64,000 nt of DNA from Octopus sinensis (GCF_006345805.1 NC_042998.1:132184001-132248000); one strand, 5' to 3'; positions 37,765 to 50,660 are shown, numbered from the stretch's first letter. Notes: generated by a model not told the origin, from the sequence alone. Translations and numbers: made by a program.

Positions 37765-39390
37765 GTTTAGAGATGCAGCCAGGGAGAAGCACCAGTGGTG
37801 CAATATTTCTGGTAAGACATCTGCAGGAGAAATACCTAGCCAAAAATAAACCTTTGTACTTTTTGTTGACATGGAGAAAGGCTTTGATAGGGTTCCCCTA
37901 GGACGGAAGACAAATCGCAAATCCCTTCAAGTAGATGGCCCTGCTTGATCTGTAGGAAAGGTGTAGATAGAAACTCCATAAGATGTACCCGACGCAAGCT
38001 ATGGACATGTGCAGAAGGTGTGCAGGTGCAATAAACACCAAAAATGTTCAGAAAATAGATTCTATCACATACCAGGGGAGGAAACTAGAAGTAGTCAATA
38101 GCTTCTGTTACCTTGGTGTCCATGTCGGTAGCAAGGGTGGATGCACTGAGAGCATAGCTGCTAGAATAAGGATAAGCAGGGCTAAGTTCAGAGAGCTCCT
38201 ACCTTTGCTGGTAACAAATGGCCTCTTACTAAGAGTGAAAGGCAGACTGTATGATGCCTGTATGCAAACAGCCATGCTACATGGCAGTAAAACATTGGCT
38301 GTGACTGCTGAGGACATGCATAGGCGTGTAAAATGAAGCTAGTATGCTCCACTGGATGTGTAATGTCAGTGTGCATGTTGAGAGAGTGTAAGCATCCTGA
38401 GAGAAAAGTTGGACATAAGAAGCGTCAGATGTGGTATGCAAGAGAGACGACTGCACTGGTACAGTCATGTGATGTGTTTGGATGAAGAGAAAAGTTGGAC
38501 ATAAGAAGCGTCAGATGTGGTATGCAAGAGAGACAACTGCACTGGTATGGATGAAGACAGCTGTGTAAAGAAGTGTCGCACTCTAACAGTGGAGGGAACA
38601 TGTAGAAGAAGTAGACCCAGGAAGACATGGGATGAAGCCGTGAAGCATGATCTTCAAATGTTGGGCCTCACAGAGGCAATGACAAGCAACCAAGGCCTTT
38701 GGAGATGTGCACTGCTTGAGAAGACCCGTCAAGCCAAGTGAGATTGTAGTCATGGCTGATGCCAGTGTCAAGAAACTGGCCTGTTAAAAGCGTTCTTCAA
38801 TCATTAGATGACATGCTGTGCTTGTGAAGATTATTAAACTGAGTGAAACTGTAGTCGTAGCCAATGCCAGTGCCGGCTGACTGGCACCCATGCTAGTGGC
38901 ACATGAAAGGCACCATTCAAGCATTGGGCTACATGGAGGCAGTGACAGGTAACCAAGACCCTTGGTGATACACTGTACTTGTGTTGCCCTGTCAAGCCAA
39001 GTGAGACGATGGTCTGTATAAAAACTGTGGAGGGAACCTGTGGAAGAGGTAGACCCAGGTAGACATAGGACGAGGTGGTGAAGCACAATCTCTGGATGTT
39101 GGGTTTCATGGAGGCCATGAGGACAAATGATCAAGACCTTTGGCAGTTTGCTGTGCTTGGGAAAACTCATCAAGCCAAGTGAAGTCATAGTTGTAGACAG
39201 TGCTGGTGACATGTAAAATGCACTCACCATACTCTTGGAGTAGTTGGCATTAAGAAGGGCATCCAGCTGTAGAAACCAAGCCAAAATTAGACTGGAGCCA
39301 GGTACAGCTCTCTGGCTTATCAGTTCTGGTCGAAATGTCTAACTCGTGTCAACATGGAAAACGAATGCCAAAATGATGAGGATGATATGT
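37765..39390 (+). mobile_element. Rearranged RTE LINE remnant (RT, Cys-rich insert, C-terminus twice, 3' UTR)
   Basis: AIFLVRHLQEKYLAKNKPL..FVDMEK.FDRVP (37800-37898); WPCLICRKGV.RNSIRC; ORF 37983-38336 LEVVNSFCYLG...AARIRISRAKFRELLPLL...VKGRLYDAC; VEGTC.R.RPRKTWDE.VKHDL at ~38590 and again at ~39030; GAT tail at 39375-39390. Confidence 0.9.
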
Positions 39391-39637
39391 GGAGGCGTGT
39401 GGCTTAGTGGTTAGGGTGTCAGCATCATGGTCGTAAGATTGTGGTTTTGATTCCTGGACTGGGCGACACGTTGTATTCTTGAGCCAAACACTTCATTTCA
39501 CGTTGCTCCAGTCCACTCAGCTGGCAAAAATGAGTAACGCTGCGATGGACTGGTGTCCCATCCAGCTGGGGAACACATACGCCATTGAAACCGGGAAACC
39601 AGGCCCATGAGCCTGGCTAGGCTTTAAAAGGGCGCAT
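39391..39637 (+). mobile_element. Full-length SINE family E
   Basis: ggaggcgtgtggcttagtggttagg...ttttgattcc...cacttcatttcacgttgctccagtccactcagctggcaaaaatgag...cccatgagcctggctagg. Related copies at 51258-51500 and 56288-56535. Confidence 0.85.
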
Positions 39638-39659
39638 TTATTTATATTTTATGTGAGTG

Positions 39660-39704
<45 letters not shown>

Positions 39705-40449
39705 ATATATGTATATGTGTGTATGTATACATATATATGTGTATGTGTGTGTGTGTGTGTGTATATATGTATATGTGTGTATGTATACATATATATGTGT
39801 ATGTATGTGTGTGTGTGTGTGTATATAGACAAAAATAACGTCTGACACAATTAGAAAAATAGCTGGAACAGCAAATAGTTATAGCAGGAATCACTCCAAC
39901 AACAACAGCAATTACACCAACTGCGATCATGCCATTATCAGAAACTACAGACACTCACACCAACTGCAACCACCACCAAAAACAACAACAACTATGACAG
40001 TCACAACAACCACAATGGTCACACTGACTGCATTATGTGACTACAGCACCACCGCCACCACCCGCAACAACAACATCAATCACAACTAAAATTGCATCTC
40101 CATCATCATTATCATCACCATCACTGATCAACAATTACAACAAACAACAAAAACAAAGTCGTCAAAAGTCACAACAACTGCAGTTAACACCACCACCACC
40201 TCCGCCTACCCCAGCAGTCACCATATATTTACATATTTTTAATGGTTGAATTACTTCCTTTTGTGACAAAAGCAAATGTGTTTGACAGACAATTTGTAGT
40301 TCAAACTGTCTGAACACCGACTTTACAAACAAACAAAACGAAAAAAAACAAAGAAACAAAAAGTAAATTAAAATATGTAAAAAAATACCAAAAAAACCAA
40401 CAGAATCTAAATAAACTCAACAAATGCCTCTGCGCCCTCAAAAAGAATA

Positions 40450-40483
<34 letters not shown>

Positions 40484-41379
40484 GGCGCACGCACGTACAT
40501 ATGTATGCATGTATGTATGAAGAAGATAGGCCTCAACCTTTTCAGTTGTCACTTTTGCCTTTGTGACATGTTTATGGAATGTTTTGATGTTGCAGTTTGG
40601 AAAATATGTCCCACACTTGTCAGCTGTTTTGAGTTCTGAACACTTCTAACAGTTCTAAACATTTCTAAGGGCATTAATCTTTTAATCTCTGACTTATTGT
40701 TGTTGTTGTTGTTGTTATTTGTTTAGTTTTTAGTCAAGGAAGCATTTTTTTTTATTGAAAAATCTCCTGTTTTTGTTTTTTTATGGTTTTTTTTTTCCTT
40801 TTTGGTTTTGCAAGTGTGTGGTGGAATGGTGTGGTTTTAATATTTTGCAGGAGCAAAGCGTTTCTGTATTTGCTTTGATTTTTGTCTTTGTGCGTATCTG
40901 TACTCTTATGCTACATAAATTTTCTGTTTTCACTACCACCGGCGGCACCTTCATTGTCATTCTTGTCATCATCATTGTCGTCTTAAACAATTATTATTTT
41001 TCCTAAACTGTTGAGGGTTGGAAGGGTTTGCAAATCTCTTTGTATCACCGCTTCTTTTGATTCCATGTCATTTTATCTCGATGTCATCTGTTCACACTTC
41101 TTTCTTAGATTTGTATGTACATATGTTCATGTTTATGTGTGTGTAGTGAAAAATGAGAGAGAGTGTGTGTGTGTGTGTAGGGGTGATATGATTAAATAGA
41201 TGGGTCTTTGGACTTGTTGCTATTAAGTTGACTAGTTCAAACCTCGATAAGTGTTTCATCATATTTTTGGCTACAATACTCTTCATTAAACGCCTCAGTT
41301 CACTTTGCTCTCATTTGGAAATAGGCACCATATGATAATCTGGGGTGTTATGTAAGTGTCATTGACCAACATTCTAATT

Positions 41380-41641
41380 CAGTGGTTCTCAACCATTTTT
41401 TGCTTATGGATCTCTCTCATTCTTCTTTTACCCTACTGGGCCCCCATAGGCATTCAATGTTTAAAAAAAGTCCCATTATATTTTTATAATTAAATATAAT
41501 TAGAATTGTATTAAAAAAAAAGTTGAAAAATTTTGTGTATTGTAGAAGTACAACCAATTTACTACTGTTCATAAATTTTAACAGCAAAATCTTATGTGGA
41601 CCTCCCCCAAGGATCATGTAGACTCTGGTTGAGAAACACTG
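41380..41641. mobile_element. hAT (Charlie-like) MITE
   Basis: TIRs cagtggttctcaacc / ggttgagaaacactg; degenerate 8-bp TSD ttctaatt / tcctaatt (1-nt offset). Confidence 0.8.
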
Positions 41642-41784
41642 GTCCTAATTGCTTGACAGGATCAATTTGGAACTATCAACTCTTCAATGCTCATTTGAAG
41701 CTCAGATCTTCTAACATAGTTCATGTGCTCCTACACTCAGAAACAATGTATATAGGATTTAATTGATGGGAATTGTTGTCAGCG

Positions 41785-41856
41785 GGCAGTTTAGCTTAAT
41801 TGGTAGAGTACTCAGATTGTATCTGGGAGGTGCAGGTTCAAGTCCTGTGGTTGTCT
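41785..41856 (+). tRNA. tRNA-shaped sequence (TGT anticodon, Thr-like); probable pseudogene or isolated SINE head
   Basis: Cloverleaf: acceptor GGCAGTT/GGTTGTC (4 G-U), D arm GCTT/GAGT, anticodon arm CTCAG-ATTGTAT-CTGGG, T arm GCAGG-TTCAAGT-CCTGT; A and B boxes; TTTTT at 41866-41870. Confidence 0.5.
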
Positions 41857-41947
41857 GCTGAAAACTTTTTCCATCATATAAGGGTAAAATACCCATTTTT
41901 TTCTGCTGTTTTCACAGTTATACTGCGTTCAAAATATTACTTTCTTG

Positions 41948-42176
41948 TTTCTTTACCGCCCACAAGGGGCTACACACAGAGGGGACAAACAAGGACAGAC
42001 AAATGGATTAAGTCGATTATATTGACCCCAGTGCGAAACTGGTACTTATTTAATTGACCCCGAAAGGATGAAAGGCAAAGTCGACCTCGGCGGGATTGAA
42101 CTCAGAACATAAAGATAGACGAAATACCCTAAAGCATTTCGCCCGATGTGCTAATGTTTCTGCCAGCTCACCGCCT
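41948..42176 (-). mobile_element. Full-length young SINE family C
   Basis: Colinear with 31503-31730. Confidence 0.9.
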
Positions 42177-44595
42177 TAAAATATTACTTTCTTGTCTGTA
42201 TGATGTGATACACATTTGAGGCTTCCAAAAACAAAAAAGAAAAACAAAATGAATTTGTTTACATATGTTATTGCATATATATATATATATATAGATGTAT
42301 GAGCAGGCAGGCGGGTGAGTTGTTTAATTCAATTCTATTTAGGATTTCATGATTTTATCTTTTTTTCACCTGGTGTTTTTGTAACAAAATCACTCAATGG
42401 ATGTCGATGTAGATGTTAGAGAGAGAGAGAGAGAGGGGGGGGGGTACTGAAAGTGGTGATGATGTGTAAATCATGAATCAGAGCCATATAGATGGGAATC
42501 TGTTGACACTGATCTTTGTTCTTAGTCTTTTCTACAGCTGACTGAATGCGTTGTTTGTCTTTGCCAACATCTTTTGCTGATGTTGTCATCTGATGAGATG
42601 GTGCACCACAGGAAACTGAACAGGTGGTCTGTCTTCAGTTATGTCGTGACAATACGATGCAGGGAGGGTGGTAATCTTCCTGTGGTATAGGGCAGTGGAG
42701 AACTTCTGTCTTCAGGCTGAATGCAAATATGAAGAGCTCAGCATCTTGTGCAAAGGAGGATGTTTACACTGCAGGGTTGTGTCTGTGGGCAACAAAAGCA
42801 GCATTGTTGACAGTTTGGTGTATTGTTTCAGTGTCTTGGCATAAAACTATATAGTAACCTTAGATAGAACAGCCTGCCATTAGTACACTATTGGATGTAA
42901 ACATTGTACTTTTTGTCAAAATATTCTTTTGCCCTTACTCACATCATACAGCAAAAGAGGGAGGAAAGACGCAGTGCAAGAATGCAGCCTTACTTTATAT
43001 ATTGGGAAAGGTTTTTATTTATTGAAAATGCAGCCTTGCTTGTACATTGGGAAAAGCCCTGGGAATTTTTACCATCTGACTTTGTTACAGTGATCCTTAT
43101 GTAGCTGATTGATGATGCTGAGGAATTTTGGGGATGTCTTACTCAGCAAATGATTTACAACAAATCTATTTTGCTCACAGTTGCAAAGGCATTCTTCTCC
43201 CTTTCTCTTCCCTACATTTCTCTCTGAGTGTCCAGATTACTAATGGCTTATTGAAAGTGCTCCTGTTGGTCCTTTACTGTGATGGGCAACTGTCTGTTCA
43301 CAAGTGCACTTGGGAGAATTTTACCTGCAATTAAACACCTAGTTATTCTTTGGTAGTTGACAGAATCAAACTTTTCTCCTTTTAACTCTTGCACAGTGTG
43401 ATGATGTTGATGATGATGATGATGATGACCTCATCATGGAGATTCTGTGGTATTTTGTGTTGTTCACAGCAGCTAAGAACTCATGGAGTTTAGTATGCAA
43501 TGCTGTGACCCCATTCTTCCTACTATCTGATGGGATTCCATCAGATTTTTTAACCTTCTACTTCTCACTGATAAAACATTGCATAAATCTCCCTTTTTAA
43601 TATGCACATATTTATCTATATGTTTATGTGTATACATGTGCGCACATACACACATATTCACACTCAGACATGTTTAGTGTTAATATGTTTTTATAAACAT
43701 TACTTAGAGCTCCTTGCTTATGGTGTGTTTGTATCTTCATATATGTACAAATGCCATGAGTTTATAAGGGAGATTAATGGAAAGTTTTATAGGTTCCTTG
43801 TAGGTGCATTGTTTATAATATATCTTGTATATACAGTCATACATATACAAAAATATTTTAACTAACCTCAATTTTGCTTATGCTTAAACACTGTTTGGTG
43901 CTAACATTTCGTTATTTTCTTCGATCAGGTGATCTACCAGTGCAAATCAGTCAACAACGTTGACTAGTGCATAAGGCTATTGCTTTATGAGTTTGTTCAG
44001 AGTTGCCTCTCTTAGATACATCCCATTGACAACAGCCAACAAACTCAAACATAAATGTCTGGAGTTCCTGATAGATGGTAACACTGAACAGACTGGATGT
44101 CTTCACACCTTTTTACCACAAGAGAGTTATTTTGTCCATGGTAACCACAGTGTATTTGCCTTTTAGCAGTTGAAATGCCATAAACATATTTCAAGTAACT
44201 TATATGTGCATAATTGTTAGTGTTGCCTAACTGGCTCCCATGCCAGTGGCACATAAAAAGTATCATTCAAGTGTGGTTGATGCCAGTGCTGCCTGACTGG
44301 CCCTCATGCTGGTGGCACGTAAAAAAGCACCCACTACACTCTTGGAGTGGTTGGTGTTAGGAAGGGCATCTAACAGCAGAAACCATGACAGATTAGATTG
44401 GGGCCTGGTGCAGCCTCTTGGCTTGCCAGTTCTTAGTCAAACTGTCCAACCCATGCCAAAAAGTGGATGATAAATAATGATGATGGGGACTATAATTGCC
44501 TGAAAAGCACTGATCAAGAATTCCCCATGCTGACCAGTCAATCAGTTTTGTCAATTTCCATTATCTCGTATATATGTGTGTGTGAGTGTGTAGTA

Positions 44596-44775
44596 AATCT
44601 CAAAAAAGAACAAGAATGCGAGGACGTGGTACATGTATAGTATCAGCAGACACTCAGGGAAGGAAAGAAAGATGGTTTAAAGTTTCGAGCAATGCTCTTC
44701 TTTAGAAACAGAGGAAAGTCCAGTAGAAAGGAAGACGGAGGAAGAAAATCGCCAACGATTCACTTGTGGTTATAT
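44596..44775 (-). mobile_element. Family-2-related element with a decayed hammerhead (44675-44709)
   Basis: Minus strand: GTTT CTAAAGA A GAGC-ATT-GCTC GAAA CT TT AAAC, followed by the same ttcc(c)tgag...gtcctcgc tail architecture as family 2. Confidence 0.6.
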
Positions 44776-44805
44776 ATATATATATATATATATAAAGAAG
44801 ATTAT

Positions 44806-44983
44806 GTAAATGTGTATAAATCACAGTTATAACAGGGAGGGTTATAAAAACCCTTACATGCTGAGAGGAGATTAAATATGAGTGATTATAGTGGCTTTTT
44901 AGGAGTTTTGACTGCTATTTCTGGGCATGTAAGGTTTTTTTTTATAACCCTCCTTGTTATAATTGTGATTTATTCACAATTAT
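44806..44983. mobile_element. Foldback MITE with ~50-bp TIRs
   Basis: taaatcacagttataacagggagggttataaaaacccttacatgc / gcatgtaaggttttttttataaccctccttgttataattgtgattta. Confidence 0.8.
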
Positions 44984-45350
44984 ATACTCTTCTTTGTTGA
45001 AATAAATTTTGGATTGCATGTCCTGGCCACTGGTATATTCGTAAATAATTTTGAATTGTTTATGATATATTCTAAGTAATGTATTTTTATATTCATTCCT
45101 CTTCTTTTAAACACACAAACACACACACATATATAAAAATTATTGTTTGTTTTTCTGTTTGGCTATAATAAAGATTTTTTTTTACATTAACCAGATGGAT
45201 TACGCTATACTTTTGTACAGTACAATTCATAATTCTTAAACAAGAATGTTGTTGACAGCGACTTTGAAGTTTTGGCCCACAAGGTCATTGACTTAGCTGG
45301 CTGAAACCTGAGTAGTCACCGTCAACAACATTCTTGTTTAAGAACAATAA

Positions 45351-45389
<39 letters not shown>

Positions 45390-45391
<2 letters not shown>

Positions 45392-45780
45392 GGCGTGGCT
45401 GTGTGGTAAGAAGCTCACTTCCCAACCAAATGGTTCAGGGTTCAGTCCCACTGAGTAGCACCTTCTGCTATAGTCTTGGGCCGACCAAAACCTTGTGGGT
45501 GGATTTGGTAGACGGAAACTGAAAGAAGCCCATTGTTTATATGTGTATATATATTGGGCTGTATGTGAGTGTGTGTGTGTGTGTATTTGCGTCTGTGTTT
45601 GTTGCCCCCACCTCACCGCTTGACAATTGATACTCGTGTGTCTACATCCCCGTAACTTAGCAGTTTGGCAAAAGAGACCGATAGAATAATAAAAAAAAAG
45701 TTCTGAGGTCGATTCATTCAATTAAAATTTCAAGGCAGTGCCCCAGCAGGATTGCAGTCTAATGACAAACAAATAAAAGA
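45390..45780 (+). mobile_element. SINE family A, near full length
   Basis: Colinear with the consensus, with a small deletion. Confidence 0.85.
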
Positions 45781-45784
45781 TAAA

Positions 45785-46286
<502 letters not shown>

Positions 46287-46389
46287 AAGGGTAAAAATCA
46301 TTAATGAATTACTGAAGGGTCAGCACAGAAATAAAATCCTTATAGGTGATTATTACAAATATTATAATATATACATAATTATAACAAAG

Positions 46390-46517
46390 TATAGGCTTTC
46401 CTCTCCAAGTGCTAGAAATAGACACCAAAAGATGCTAATACCTCCTTATTCTTTGGAGTTTTTAAGGTGGTATTTGCGTCTTTTGGCAGCTATTTGTAGT
46501 GTGTGGAGAGGTTTATA
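46390..46517. repeat. Imperfect inverted repeat / small MITE
   Basis: aaatagacaccaaaagatgctaatacctcctta pairs with taaggtggtatttgcgtcttttggcagctattt; pairing extends to cctctcc/ggagagg. Confidence 0.7.
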
Positions 46518-46621
46518 GTCAATAATAAAAGGGTAAAATTAATTAATTATTTAATTATTAATTAATAATTTTACCAAGTAGTGTTCAGTATGTAAAAAGA
46601 CCATTTATGGTATATTTAAAA

Positions 46622-46727
46622 CATTGCGTTATATAATTAGGGTTCAGTAAAAAAAATTTACTTTACCACACACCGGTGTGTGGTAAAGTAAATTTTTTTT
46701 ACTGAACCCTAATTATATAACGTAATG
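46622..46727. repeat. 106-bp spacerless palindrome
   Basis: 53-bp arms with 1 mismatch, centred on cacc|ggtg (46674/46675). Confidence 0.95.
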
Positions 46728-46772
<45 letters not shown>

Positions 46773-47265
46773 GTGTGTATATGTATGTATGTATATATTC
46801 AGTCAGTCATGCACGTATGTTCATTTTGTTTAATGGGATATACAAACATACGCATTGCTGTTTACTTGTGTGTGATTGTGGAGATTTATGCATATGCGCA
46901 TGCACATATATACACGCACTCATGTATGTTTAAACAGGGGGAGGCATATGGATACATGGATATATGTACACATACACTTCTGTGTGTATGTGTATATATT
47001 TGAGCGTCTATTTATATTTATTGACATCTCTGCTGACACTCATAACAAACATGTGTGTTTGCATTTAATGCAGTAAATGAAAGCAATAAGAACCGTAACA
47101 TGAAGTGAGCGAGAGTAAATCTCATGCATTGTAATTTGAGATAACCAATTTGATAAATTCAAATTAATTCCATGTTTCTTTACAGTTTTAGTGGTGTAGA
47201 CTATCATGCTTTTTTGGTTGGGTTTTCCTGTCTGTCAATTTGACTAGGTGTCTTTCTTCCTTTCT

Positions 47266-47318
<53 letters not shown>

Positions 47319-47617
47319 CTCTCTCTCTCTCTATCTATCTGTCCATCCATCCACCCATCTATCCTTCCTTCCTTCCTGCCTACTTTCCTTTCTTCCTTCC
47401 TTCCTTCCTTCCTTCCTCCTTCCTTCCTTCCTTCTTAAACCATCACATGTTCATACCCTTACTTTTACTCATTCATTGTCTTTTGTTCCGGCCTCTCAAG
47501 AACTTAGAGTCAGTTGTGTGTGTGTGCCTGCATGCACCCTCATTCAGTCAATGGGACAAAATCATACAGTTTGGAAGCAAGCTTCTCAACCACACAACCA
47601 TGTCTGTATCTGCCCTT

Positions 47618-47624
<7 letters not shown>

Positions 47625-47650
<26 letters not shown>

Positions 47651-47995
47651 TAGCATCCTCTTTCTATGCTGACATGGGTTAGACGATTTAACTAGAACTG
47701 GTAAGCTGCAGAACTGTCTGGTTTGGCTTGGTTTTCTACAGTTGGATGCTCTTCTTAACGCTAACCACTCCAAGAGTGTATTAGGTGCCCTTTACGTCTC
47801 ACCTGCATGGGTGCCATTTACATATCACCGGCACGAGTGCCTTTTCGCTGGCACTGTCCATGTCTACAATTTACACTTAGCTTCACGTGTTTTCTTCTCA
47901 AGCACAGCAAAGTGCGAAAAGTCTCGATCACTTGTCATCACCTCCTCGAGACTCAACATCTGAAGATGGTCCTTTGCCACATTGCCCCTCATGTC
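47625..47995 (-). mobile_element. RTE 3' end (C-terminal coding remnant and 3' UTR)
   Basis: (CAT)n tail, gatgctcttcttaacgctaaccactcc, and ttctcaagcacagc...cttgtcatc coding remnant. A similar copy lies at 55640-56050(-). Confidence 0.75.
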
Positions 47996-48218
47996 TCCCA
48001 CAGACAACTTCCACAGTTAGAGATCAACACATATATGTATATTTGGGACTCAGCCTTCAATAGTGAGTGTTGAAGTAATTATAAGCAAAATATTCTTAGC
48101 TGACATTCAAATGGCTTTGATGTCTTTTCTGTTATTTACCATTCCAGAAACAGCAACATCACACTGTCATTTCATATCCACTTTTTGATGCTTGCATGGG
48201 TTAAAATGAATTCATTAA

Positions 48219-48437
48219 CCCTCTTGTTACCATATTTATTTTGAGATGCTCTGTGTATCTTTCAATTAATTTTAAATATAACAAGGAATTTAGTAAAATA
48301 ACTTAGTTATCATTAGTCTGGTGTTAGGAACACAAATTGCGGCTAAAGTTTGGTGGAAGATTTTAATTCAAAACTTAAGACAAGACATTTCTACTACAGA
48401 GCCAGAGGCGGTTTTGACCAGATTGGTATCGAAAGGG
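48219..48437. mobile_element. piggyBac-like MITE
   Basis: TTAA|ccctcttgttacc ... ggtatcgaaaggg|TTAA: CCC/GGG termini and TTAA TSD. A related internal fragment lies at ~29050-29175. Confidence 0.85.
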
Positions 48438-50019
48438 TTAAGGCAAGTTTTCTACACCTTTGACATGCTTTGCATGAAAACTAGAAGGGAACAACATCGC
48501 TCATATGATGGTGATGCTTATTTTGCCACCATCACATGATTTCAAGATAAGGGTAAACACGATATACACATATGCACACACACAACAGAATTCTTTCAGC
48601 TTCCATCTACCAAATCCATTGACAAGGCTTTAGTTGGCCTGAGGATATAGTAGAAGACACTTGTACTGAAGTACCACACAGCAGAACTGAACCTTAGACT
48701 ACAAGTTTGGGGAGCAAGCCTCATAACCACACTGCCATGCCTGCACTGATATAAGCAAAGAAGAGATGAAAAAATAGAAAAAAAAAATTATCTGAGTGAA
48801 TCCCAGAATTGAACTTGGAACTCTAAACTATGAAGGCAGTGACACACTAGTATTTATGGACTGACCTACTAGCATACTCATCTGAAAGCTATGATGTAAT
48901 AATCAATTTGATTGCAAATGGATGTGTATGTCATTTAATACTTTTAATGTGCATGCTTTTGGATCTGTGTGTGTGTGTACACTTTATTGCTATTAATGAG
49001 CATGCCATTGAGCTATGTGTGTGAATATATGTTTGCACATATGTGTATATATTGCTATGTTTGTCTCTATGAATTGCTGTATTTTTTGTATGTGTGTATG
49101 TTTGTATGCTGTGTTATTATGTATGTGTGTGTGTGTGTGTGTTCATGTGTTCGTGTATGAGTTTGAGTTTTATTTCTCTGCCTATGTGCATCTGTGTATT
49201 TAAGTGTGTGTACATGCGTGTTGAAGTTCTGAGAATTGGAATGCAGAACAGGCAGAGGCATCCAGATTAGGCCAGTTGCAATGATTACTGTAATCTGCAA
49301 CTGTCCTAGATTAAAGGTGGAGGGCAGAGGGAGAGCAAGAGTAAGGGGGAGAGAGAGAGAGTGAGCGAGCAATCGAGGGAGGGAGAGAGAGTAAGAACTT
49401 CTTATTCATGACTGTACAAATAAAAGAAAATACAAATCTTTCATCTTAGAAGCTGCCATCTTTGATTCTGAACGATACAAAAGTATTGCATGATTCTCAA
49501 GAAAAACAAAAAACATAAGTAAATAAATTGATAAAGAAAAAATTGATTAATTCATTAGCTTTGGTTCTGCAATTAAACATCAACCCACAATTCAATTCTA
49601 TTCTCATTTCTTTGTGGGGGTGACTTTTTTTTTCCTGTATTGTTTTTATATTGATGTTTTTAAAATTAATTTTGCAGTGGTTAAAGATTTATTTTCATTT
49701 GTTCTAATTTTTCAATCGAACCAAATTCATCATCGAATTCTTCATCATCCATCGATGGTGATGGCGTCATTATTGTCATCATCCTTCTTGTAATTATGAC
49801 ACAAATCAATATTGAGGTTGTTAATCGATTTAATTGAATACTTGCTCCCCCAAAATTTTGGGCCATGTAATTTTATTTTAGAAACAATTGCTTGTTGCCT
49901 TTGGCTCCTCTAAGGTGAATAAAATGAAGAACCATTCAAGTTCCAGCTTCAATTTAATCAGTTAACTCCTCCCAAAATGTCAATCCCTGTGCCTGTGTTG
50001 TTGTTATTATCGTTTTAGT

Positions 50020-50158
50020 GGTTTGGCAGAACCATTAACATGCTGGAACAAAATGCTTAGCATCATTTCACCTGGTTTTATATTCTGAGTTCAAGTCCCG
50101 CCAAAGTCAAGTTTTCCTTTCAAGGTTGAGGAAATTAGTGCCAGCTCAGAAAGGATCA

Positions 50159-50189
<31 letters not shown>

Positions 50190-50418
50190 GAATAATAATA
50201 ATAATCCTTTCTACTGGAATTACGAGGCCTCAAATTCGTGGGAAGAGGACTAGTCAATAACATCGATCCCTTGTGTTTCACTGGTACTTAATTTATTGAC
50301 CCCGAAAGGATGAAAGGCAAAGTTGACCTTGGCTGAATTTGAATCAAGAACATAAAGACGGACAAAATACTACCAAGCATTTCATTCAGCATGCTAGTAA
50401 TTCTGGCAGCTTGCCACC

Positions 50419-50458
<40 letters not shown>

Positions 50459-50660
50459 CAAATTGGCAAGCTGATAGAATCATTAGCATTCCAGATAAAA
50501 TGCTGCTAAGCATTCTACTTATCTTTATGTTCTGAGTTCAAATTCCATCGAGGTCAACTTTGCCTTTATCGTTTCAGGTTCGATAAAATTGAGCAATGGA
50601 GATGATATGTCAACCTGTCACCTCCCCCAAACTTCAGGCTTTGTGCCTATTATAGAAAGG
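50020..50660. mobile_element. Three SINE family C copies (+, -, +)
   Basis: ~50020-50150(+), 50205-50418(-) and 50460-50660(+), separated by (ATT)n/(AAT)n. Confidence 0.8.

Noticed and set aside
42593-42630. CTGATGA...GAAA hammerhead-like string
   Set aside because: The base that must be U16.1 is G, stem II has no loop, and there is no stem I; likely chance.
43288-43360. MGNCLFTSALGRILPAIKHLVILW, resembling an ARL4-type N-terminus
   Set aside because: A stop follows immediately, there is no P-loop, and the donor (gtagtt) is weak.
46310-46340. ctgaagggtcagcacagaaa as a hammerhead
   Set aside because: A9 is missing, stems are weak, there is no stem III or UH, and the orientation is opposite to the element's TA-abutting end.
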